A stretch of 64,000 nucleotides of DNA, taken from positions 2,804,001 to 2,868,000 of the forward strand of contig NZ_CP178208.1 of NCBI RefSeq assembly GCF_047219225.1, in the 5' to 3' direction. This document shows positions 57,704-64,000 of the stretch, piece after piece (the first letter of the stretch is position 1; each line of letters begins with the position of its first letter). The notes below the pieces were generated by a model. That model searched no databases, was not told the DNA's origin, and saw only the letters and a program-made list of their open reading frames with translations. This stretch comes from Pontimicrobium sp. IMCC45349. GTDB lineage: Bacteria; Bacteroidota; Bacteroidia; Flavobacteriales; Flavobacteriaceae. The translations under genes and the position numbers were made by a program.

Positions 57704-58407
57704 TTCATTATTTAATTATAGATGACGAACCTATAGCACATCGTATCATAGAAAAATATTGCGATAATTTACCACATTTAAAAAAGGTGGGGAATTGTTA
57801 TAATGCTTTTGAAGCGATGCACTTTTTGAATGATTATACTATTGATTTGCTTTTTTTAGATATAAATATGCCGAAATTATCGGGTTTCGATTTTTTAAAA
57901 ACGTTATCGAACCCTCCTAAAATTATTATTACAACTGCTTACAAAGAATTTGCATTAGAAGGATATGAACTTAATATTTCCGATTACTTACTAAAACCAT
58001 TCAGTTTTGACCGGTTTATAAAGGCTATAAATAAAACAATTGGTATTTCTGAAAGTAAACCTAAGACAGATATAGGTCATACATATAACAGTGAAATACA
58101 AAGCAATAGTTTTTTTTTAAAAGGAGATAAAAAGCATCATCAAATTCATTTAGAATCAATACTTTTTATTGAAGCTTATGGACATTATACTAAAGTATAT
58201 TTAGAAAACGAAATGATTGTAAGCCATGAGAAAATTTCTTCATTAGAGGAGTTTTTACCTGAATCTAGTTTTATAAGAACACATAAGTCTTTTATAGTTG
58301 CTAAAAACAAAATCAAACAAATTGAAGGTAATAGAATTTTTGTTAATGAACACAAAATACCAATAGGGCAAACTTATAAAGGAAATATAGATAAACTTTT
58401 TAGGTAG
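57700..58407 (+). CDS. LytTR-family response regulator
   Basis: REC (LIIDDEP, LLFLDINMP) plus LytTR (FIRTHKSFIVAKNKI). It overlaps the kinase stop by 4 nt. Confidence 0.85.
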   Translation: MIHYLIIDDEPIAHRIIEKYCDNLPHLKKVGNCYNAFEAMHFLNDYTIDLLFLDINMPKLSGFDFLKTLSNPPKIIITTAYKEFALEGYELNISDYLLKPFSFDRFIKAINKTIGISESKPKTDIGHTYNSEIQSNSFFLKGDKKHHQIHLESILFIEAYGHYTKVYLENEMIVSHEKISSLEEFLPESSFIRTHKSFIVAKNKIKQIEGNRIFVNEHKIPIGQTYKGNIDKLFR

Positions 58408-58419
58408 TATATTACTTTT

Positions 58420-58497
58420 CGTTATAAAATGTTAAAGGAAGTTAGCTTTTTTACATTACAAAATCAATGCGTAGAAATACGTATTTAATAACTGTAA
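58420..58497. repeat. truncated/degenerate A-type element, copy A4
   Basis: It matches the distal ~75 nt of the A element (..tgttaaaGgaagttagcttttttacattacaaaatcaatGcgtagaaatacgtattta) and lacks the first ~35 nt (TTTATATAAA pair). Confidence 0.7.
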
Positions 58498-58552
58498 CAA
58501 TTAAAGTGTATTGTAGTCTATAATAGTATTATAATCAATCAAAACAATCATT

Positions 58553-59467
58553 ATGACCAATCGTAAATTATCACTTGTAAGCATGCTTGTTATGTTACCA
58601 ATGTTATTATTAGCACAAGCAGAAGCACTTTTTAATAACACCTTACTTAACGATTCGTTAGAGGAAGTCACTCAAAAAACAAGTGAAATATCTGCTACAC
58701 AAAATGTTTTTACCAATACTATTCCGCGATTTCCGTTAGCAAAAGCAAGGGAATCACACTTATTATGTACAAATCTTAAAACTAATAATGGTACTATAGA
58801 CAAAGTGGTGTTTACGTTTGCAGACGATAAGTTAGTGTATATTGAAGCAAAAGGAAATGTACTAGCATTAACTAGTGAACGACAAGATACAGCACGTACG
58901 TATATGGATTACGATGTGTATTTAAAGGATAAATTGTTTGTTAAGAATGCGAGTGATCAAGCTTGGATTATTAATGACGAAGCAATGCATGTAAATTTGT
59001 TTACTTGGGAAAATCCTTATTTAAAATCCGATTTTAAATCAAACGCATTACCAATTAACAAAGCAATACCAGAATTTATTAAAATGGGAGCTTCATTAAG
59101 TGAAATGCAACCAGTTTTAGAGACCAATAGTCAATTTAGTAATAAAGAAGTTTTGGATGGTAAAGACCCAAATGCACAATTACAAATAAATGCTTTTGGA
59201 GTTAACTATTTAGGGTTTCCGCGTAAAGTAGAAGCGCGCTTTGGAGATGAGAAACTAAATGTTGTATGGATTTTAACAGCCAAAGGTGAGGAGGATAGAA
59301 TACGTCAAGCTTTAATTGAACAATATGGTAAACCTATTTTTGTGGATGATAACTGGGAAATATTTAATGATTGGCAAGTGGGTTTACGAAAAGATAAACC
59401 AGAAATACTGCTTATAGAAAAAGCATTAGGACAAGTGTATAAAAAACAATTTTTTAAACAAGAGTAG
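58553..59467 (+). CDS. hypothetical secreted protein
   Basis: Signal peptide (MLVMLPMLLLAQA). 304 aa. No recognisable motif. Confidence 0.5.
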   Translation: MTNRKLSLVSMLVMLPMLLLAQAEALFNNTLLNDSLEEVTQKTSEISATQNVFTNTIPRFPLAKARESHLLCTNLKTNNGTIDKVVFTFADDKLVYIEAKGNVLALTSERQDTARTYMDYDVYLKDKLFVKNASDQAWIINDEAMHVNLFTWENPYLKSDFKSNALPINKAIPEFIKMGASLSEMQPVLETNSQFSNKEVLDGKDPNAQLQINAFGVNYLGFPRKVEARFGDEKLNVVWILTAKGEEDRIRQALIEQYGKPIFVDDNWEIFNDWQVGLRKDKPEILLIEKALGQVYKKQFFKQE

Positions 59468-59482
59468 TTTTTTATAAATGAC

Positions 59483-60022
59483 TTATCGCTTACGCTTATA
59501 GTGCGATTGTACAAGTGTATTCAAGCCAATTTTAGAACCTACAAAATCGAATACTAATCTGTTTTCTAATTCAGAAAATAAAGGTGTTCCACCACCTAAA
59601 ACAATAGGAATGGTTGTTATGATAAGTTCGTCTATTAAATCTTCTTTTAAAAAACTTTGAATGGTGCTTCCTCCATCTATATATAAGCGTTTAAAGCCTT
59701 TGTTGTGTATGGTTGTTAAAACTTGAGTAAGCGTACCTTTTACTAAAAAAGCTTTGTCTTTGTGTGTTTCTGGAATATGAGACAAGGAATTGCTTAATAC
59801 AAATACAGGTTTTTTATAAGGCCAATCAACATCAAAACCTAAAACAGTTTCAAAAGTATTTCTTCCCATAACTAAGGCATCAATATTTGCTGTAAAATCA
59901 AAATAACCTAAGTCGTCTCCATCAGGATTGGGAATTAAATCTAACCAATCTATTTCTCCATTTGGTCCAGCAATATAACCATCAATACTTTGAGCAATAA
60001 ATACACTGTTTTTAGCTTCCAT
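59483..60022 (-). CDS. dihydrofolate-reductase-like (RibD C-terminal domain) family protein
   Basis: 179 aa with DHFR-fold-like segments (FIAQSIDGYIAG..., LYIDGGSTIQSFLKEDLIDELIITTIPIVLGGGTPLF). Confidence 0.6.
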   Translation of the reverse strand: MEAKNSVFIAQSIDGYIAGPNGEIDWLDLIPNPDGDDLGYFDFTANIDALVMGRNTFETVLGFDVDWPYKKPVFVLSNSLSHIPETHKDKAFLVKGTLTQVLTTIHNKGFKRLYIDGGSTIQSFLKEDLIDELIITTIPIVLGGGTPLFSELENRLVFDFVGSKIGLNTLVQSHYKRKR

Positions 60023-60146
60023 ATTTTTACTGTTTACTATTACAAAATTACGTTATTAAAAAATAAGGCTAATAGAAATATGGCTTTAAAAGCACTTTGA
60101 CATTTTTTGACAAGTTGTAATAATAGTTTTTGTCTAATTTTGCCAA

Positions 60147-60980
60147 ATGGATACACATAAGATAAAGTTTATTAACTCTAACGAATTACAAGTAGCAGCA
60201 TCTTGTGAGGCTAGTAGTAATGAAAGCACCGAAGTTTATTTTCCGTCTACATTATTAATGTTTGCGCAAGAAGGACAAATCAATGTGAAGTTAAATCAAG
60301 AATTGTTAACAGTTACTAAAGGACAGTTTGGTTTACTTAGAAAGTATACGCAATGCGAAATGTTTAAATCGTGGTCGCCAGAAGAAGGACAAGCAAAGAC
60401 ATATATGTTTGTTTTAACCAATGAATTTATTAAGCGTGTTATTCATAATATAGAAATGCCTAAAGATGTGCCACCTGTTGAGGAACGTCTTATTAATTTG
60501 CCACCTACAGCTTTATTACAAGGTTTAATGCAATCGTTAATTGCATATATAGACGAAGGTATAGATTTAGATCCACAAACTATGGAACTAAAAACTTTAG
60601 AAGCGTTGCATGCATTGGTAAAAGCAGATCCGAAATTGTATGGAGTATTCAAAGAATTTGCTATTTCTGAACGTGCAGATTTAGAGCAATTAATGACTCA
60701 TAATTTTAGATTTAATATTCCTTTAAATGATTTAGCAAAGCAATCTGGTAGAAGTCTATCAACATTTAATAGGGAATTTAGAGCTTTGTTTAATGATACA
60801 CCACATAAGTGGATTAAAAAGAAACGTTTGCAATTTGCTAGAAATATGATGATTACCAAAAACAAAAGACCAAGCGAAGTATATCTTGAAGCTGGTTTTG
60901 AAGATTTGGCACATTTTAGTAAGTCCTTTAAAAGTTTCTTTGATATAACGCCTTCACAATTTTATCAATCATTAGTCTGA
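60147..60980 (+). CDS. AraC-family transcriptional regulator
   Basis: C-terminal AraC-type double HTH (LNDLAKQSGRSLSTFNREFRALFNDTPHKWIKKKRLQFARNMM). 277 aa. Confidence 0.75.
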   Translation: MDTHKIKFINSNELQVAASCEASSNESTEVYFPSTLLMFAQEGQINVKLNQELLTVTKGQFGLLRKYTQCEMFKSWSPEEGQAKTYMFVLTNEFIKRVIHNIEMPKDVPPVEERLINLPPTALLQGLMQSLIAYIDEGIDLDPQTMELKTLEALHALVKADPKLYGVFKEFAISERADLEQLMTHNFRFNIPLNDLAKQSGRSLSTFNREFRALFNDTPHKWIKKKRLQFARNMMITKNKRPSEVYLEAGFEDLAHFSKSFKSFFDITPSQFYQSLV

Positions 60981-61072
60981 CATTTTTAGACAAGTAAGCT
61001 TGACACTTTTAGACAACTTAAGGGTTGGTAAGCTGCATAACTTTGTACTATAATTTTAAAAGAAATATTACA

Positions 61073-61852
61073 ATGTCAAAAACAGCATTAATAACAGGAG
61101 CATCAAGTGGAATAGGAAAGGAGTTAGCAATTATACATGCACAACGAGGTGGAAACTTAGTGTTAGTGGCACGTAGAATTGAAAAGCTTAATGAGTTAAA
61201 GTTAGATATAGAAAAGCAATACAATGTTAAAGTAGAAGTAATCTCTAAAGACTTAACACAATTAAATGCACCTCAAGAGATTTATGATGAAGTAAAGGAA
61301 AAAGGAATTCAAGTAGATTATTTAATTAATAATGCAGGATTTGGAGGCCATGGAAAATTTCACGAAAGAAGTTTAGAAGAAGATTTAGCAATGATAAACC
61401 TAAATGTAGTAGCATTAACCTTATTAACTAAGTTGTATTTACCAGGATTTGTTGCACGCAATAGTGGAAAAGTACTAAATGTATCTTCTACAGCTAGCTT
61501 TATGCCTGGTCCATTACAAGCTGTGTATTTTGCAACAAAATCGTATGTTACTTTTTTAAGTAACGCTATTGCTGAAGAGCTTCACGATACAAATATTACT
61601 GTAACCAATTTAATGCCTGGAGCTACAGAAACAGAATTTGCTAAAGTATCTAAAATGGATAAAACCGACTTATTTGAAAATACAGTTTCGGCACATTCGG
61701 TAGCGTTAGATGGTTACAATGGTATGATAGAAGGGAAGCTAGATGTAGTTTCTGGTTTAAAGCCAATGCAAAAGGTAATGATGCGAATGATTCCGTTTAC
61801 ACCCAAAAAAATGGTATTAAAGCAAATACGACAAATGCAAGAAGTTAACTAG
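61073..61852 (+). CDS. short-chain dehydrogenase/reductase (SDR)
   Basis: Gly-rich NAD(P)-binding motif TGASSGIGKELA, NNAG and a catalytic YxxxK context (AVYFATKSY). The start is taken at MSKTALITG rather than the upstream in-frame Met at 61025. Confidence 0.8.
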   Translation: MSKTALITGASSGIGKELAIIHAQRGGNLVLVARRIEKLNELKLDIEKQYNVKVEVISKDLTQLNAPQEIYDEVKEKGIQVDYLINNAGFGGHGKFHERSLEEDLAMINLNVVALTLLTKLYLPGFVARNSGKVLNVSSTASFMPGPLQAVYFATKSYVTFLSNAIAEELHDTNITVTNLMPGATETEFAKVSKMDKTDLFENTVSAHSVALDGYNGMIEGKLDVVSGLKPMQKVMMRMIPFTPKKMVLKQIRQMQEVN

Positions 61853-61879
61853 TTATTCGTAACTAAAAGTTATTTGTAA

Positions 61880-63016
61880 ATGATAAAAACGATATTAAAA
61901 ATATTTAAAAAGATGTTGATTGGAATTTTAGGAATTGTTTTATTACTCGTAATTACAGGATTTATTTTTATGAATACTAGTCCGCAATTTGGTGGTAGTC
62001 CTTCTAAGGAAAGTTTAGTGAGAATAGAAAATTCACCAAACTATAATGATGATGGTGCTTTTAAGAATTTAGAGCTTACTTTGGCGAGTACAGGAATGAA
62101 ATTAAGTAGTATTCCTAAGTTTTTTACCAATAGTGATAATAAGGTGCCTTCTAAAGCATTGCCACAGGAAAAGATTACTAAAGCATATTTTGATTCAGAG
62201 CCTAAACAACCAAGAATTACTTGGTTTGGACATTCGGCATTGTTTCTAGAAATGGAGGAGATGAATATTTTTATAGATCCGATGTTAGGTGAAGTTCCAG
62301 CACCTCATCCTATGCTTGGAAATTCACGTTTTAATAAAGAATTACCAATAGCTATAGAGCACTTACCAGAAATAGATTTGGTATTAATTTCTCATGATCA
62401 TTACGATCATTTGGATTATGAGTCTATTACTAAACTAAAAGATAAAGTAAAACAGTTTTATGTGCCTCTTGGTATTAAAGCACACTTAACATCTTGGGGA
62501 ATTGAAGCAGATAAAATAAAAGAGTTTGATTGGTGGGAAAATGCTAGTTTAAACGGAATTGAATTTGTGTCTGCTCCAGCAAGACATTTTTCGGGGAGAG
62601 GATTTTCAAGAAATAAAACATTGTGGTGTTCATGGGTAATTCAATCAGAGCATAATTCAATATATTTTAGTGGTGATAGTGGTTATGGCTCACATTTTAA
62701 GGAAATAGGAGATAAGTATGGACCTTTTGATTTTGCAATGATGGAATGCGGACAATATGACGAGCAATGGTCACAAATTCATATGATGCCAGAAGAAACT
62801 GTACAAGCCACTATAGATGTTAAAGCAAATGCGATGATGCCTATTCATTGGGGCGCTTTTAAGCTGGCATTGCATAGTTGGGATGATCCAGTAAAGAGAG
62901 CATCGGAAACAGCAGAGAATGCGCAAATACAAATGTTAACTCCAAAAATTGGTGAAGCAGTAATTATAGATAAAGATATTAAGAACACCACAAATTGGTG
63001 GAAATTGGTTGATTGA
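61880..63016 (+). CDS. membrane-anchored metallo-beta-lactamase-fold hydrolase
   Basis: N-terminal TM helix. H-x-H-x-D-H motif (ISHDHYDHLD). 378 aa. Confidence 0.7.
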   Translation: MIKTILKIFKKMLIGILGIVLLLVITGFIFMNTSPQFGGSPSKESLVRIENSPNYNDDGAFKNLELTLASTGMKLSSIPKFFTNSDNKVPSKALPQEKITKAYFDSEPKQPRITWFGHSALFLEMEEMNIFIDPMLGEVPAPHPMLGNSRFNKELPIAIEHLPEIDLVLISHDHYDHLDYESITKLKDKVKQFYVPLGIKAHLTSWGIEADKIKEFDWWENASLNGIEFVSAPARHFSGRGFSRNKTLWCSWVIQSEHNSIYFSGDSGYGSHFKEIGDKYGPFDFAMMECGQYDEQWSQIHMMPEETVQATIDVKANAMMPIHWGAFKLALHSWDDPVKRASETAENAQIQMLTPKIGEAVIIDKDIKNTTNWWKLVD

Positions 63017-63018
63017 TA

Positions 63019-63050
63019 GTAAAAAGCATCTAGAAATGGATGCTTTTTAT
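63019..63050. terminator. terminator-like hairpin (AGCATCTAGAAATGGATGCT + T-run)
   Basis: A 6-7-bp stem followed by TTTTTATATTTT, directly after the stop at 63016. Confidence 0.55.
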
Positions 63051-63113
63051 ATTTTAGCTAGTCCGCTTATTATTGCTATTTCTTTTTTGCTTATAACATT
63101 AATATATAGTTAC

Positions 63114-63905
63114 TTATATGTAAACATAGATTGGTGAATACAATTTTGTGTCTTCTTGATTTTGAGAGTTTATTAATTGAGCTGGATTTGGAGTAGGTAA
63201 ACCTGAAAAGATAGTTTTTTCAGTACTTCTAGCAATTAAATCAAACTTATGTTGAGGTGTGTTACTTAGTGTTATTAATGACTTGCTAGTGAATACTAAG
63301 GCTTCTTCACCATTAGGTAGTGTAACTTTTTTAGATTCGCTAAATTGAATGTTGGAGTTACTCCTTATCTGTAAATTATCTATGTTTAAATGACTTTTAT
63401 TAATAATGTAGTATTGCCAAATTGTAGCACGAGCTTCAAAACTAATTTTAAAGTTTGTAGGAGTGGTATTTTGTAAGTCTGAAAAATGCAGCTTCATACT
63501 TCCAGAATTATCTTGGATAGCTTCTTGAGTTAATCTTTGTTGTAGTATTATGGTTTCGTCTTCAATTTTGTTTAAGCTATCGTTACTAGAGTACATTAGT
63601 TTTCCTATAAAGTTTATTGGAAGCTCTGTAAAAAGATAAAATTCAGAATTGTTAATTGTTATATTAAAGCTAAAAGAGTTAGTGTCATTTTTTTGAGATA
63701 TATAGCTTAACAAATCACTAATAGAATTGTTTGTATTTGCATAAAATTGAAAACTGTTTTCACTTTGGATAAGTTTAAAATTGTATTGGTCCATTAGTGT
63801 TTGTGTAGCTGTATTTGGGGTAAGTGTAAAAATGGAATCAATATTATTTTTAAAGTAAGAGTGGGTTACATGTAACGAAAATACTTTTATATAATTTGAT
63901 TGCAT
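63114..63905 (-). CDS. hypothetical protein
   Basis: A long ORF (263 aa) with no recognisable motif. Coding assignment is by length only. Confidence 0.4.
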   Translation of the reverse strand: MQSNYIKVFSLHVTHSYFKNNIDSIFTLTPNTATQTLMDQYNFKLIQSENSFQFYANTNNSISDLLSYISQKNDTNSFSFNITINNSEFYLFTELPINFIGKLMYSSNDSLNKIEDETIILQQRLTQEAIQDNSGSMKLHFSDLQNTTPTNFKISFEARATIWQYYIINKSHLNIDNLQIRSNSNIQFSESKKVTLPNGEEALVFTSKSLITLSNTPQHKFDLIARSTEKTIFSGLPTPNPAQLINSQNQEDTKLYSPIYVYI

Positions 63906-64000
63906 GGTTTAAAGCTTATACGTTATTAGTAATAGTATTTATTTTTTTATAAAATTTATGGTTTCAGAATATCCATTTGCTCCCAAAAACTTAATAATAT

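Noticed and set aside
61025-61072. Upstream in-frame start (MVSCITLYYNFKRNITMSK) for the SDR gene
   Set aside because: The conserved Rossmann motif begins right after the second Met (MSKTALITGASSGIGK). The extra 16 residues are not typical of SDR N-termini, so the shorter start was preferred.
1-64000. CRISPR array search
   Set aside because: No regularly spaced direct repeats of 25-50 bp were seen. The recurring A and B elements are over 100 bp, non-tandem and separated by genes.

Overview
This is a low-GC, Bacteroidota/Flavobacteriia-like chromosomal segment. The taxonomic call rests on a T9SS C-terminal sorting domain, a GldF/GldG-like gliding-motility transporter, many LytTR regulators, the absence of Shine-Dalgarno sequences and AT-rich intergenic regions.

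Housekeeping backbone genes are dnaN, a gldF/gldG-like fusion, phoH, purC, a two-subunit sodium:solute symporter, a CrbS-like symporter-fused sensor kinase, a lone receiver domain, a prpE-like acyl-CoA synthetase and acs. The backbone also carries three LytS-type histidine kinase/LytTR regulator pairs. Each pair sits next to a secreted beta-lactamase-fold or metallo-beta-lactamase-fold hydrolase.

The main discovery is three small minus-strand gene modules, all apparent defence functions:
- a DUF262 + HEPN pair at about 13.5-15.1 kb;
- a C / C5-methyltransferase / MutH-Sau3AI-like endonuclease restriction-modification operon at about 21.0-23.9 kb;
- a Cys4 zinc-ribbon protein + two-helix membrane protein pair at about 34.2-34.8 kb.

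Each module is bracketed by the same two non-coding elements. Upstream of the first gene is a roughly 110-bp 'A' element; its internal motifs (TTTATATAAA x2, GTTAAACGAAGTT, TACGTA-N4-TACGTA) are detailed in the findings. Downstream of the last gene is a 130-200-bp 'B' element that begins with the inverted partner GAAGTTCGTTTAACGG. At the inner A and B edges each cassette carries its own co-varying short inverted repeat. A further solo B copy (about 53.9 kb) and a truncated A copy (about 58.4 kb) also occur.

This looks like an undescribed family of cassette-like or invertible defence loci with a shared promoter/operator region and shared recombination-like ends. No recombinase is encoded in the window.

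A second notable locus is a 1,632-aa protein with a C-terminal MoxR/AAA_5-type ATPase domain. It lies downstream of a flotillin/NfeD pair and upstream of a membrane-anchored LytTR protein and a metallo-beta-lactamase-fold hydrolase.

No rRNA, tRNA or CRISPR array was seen.
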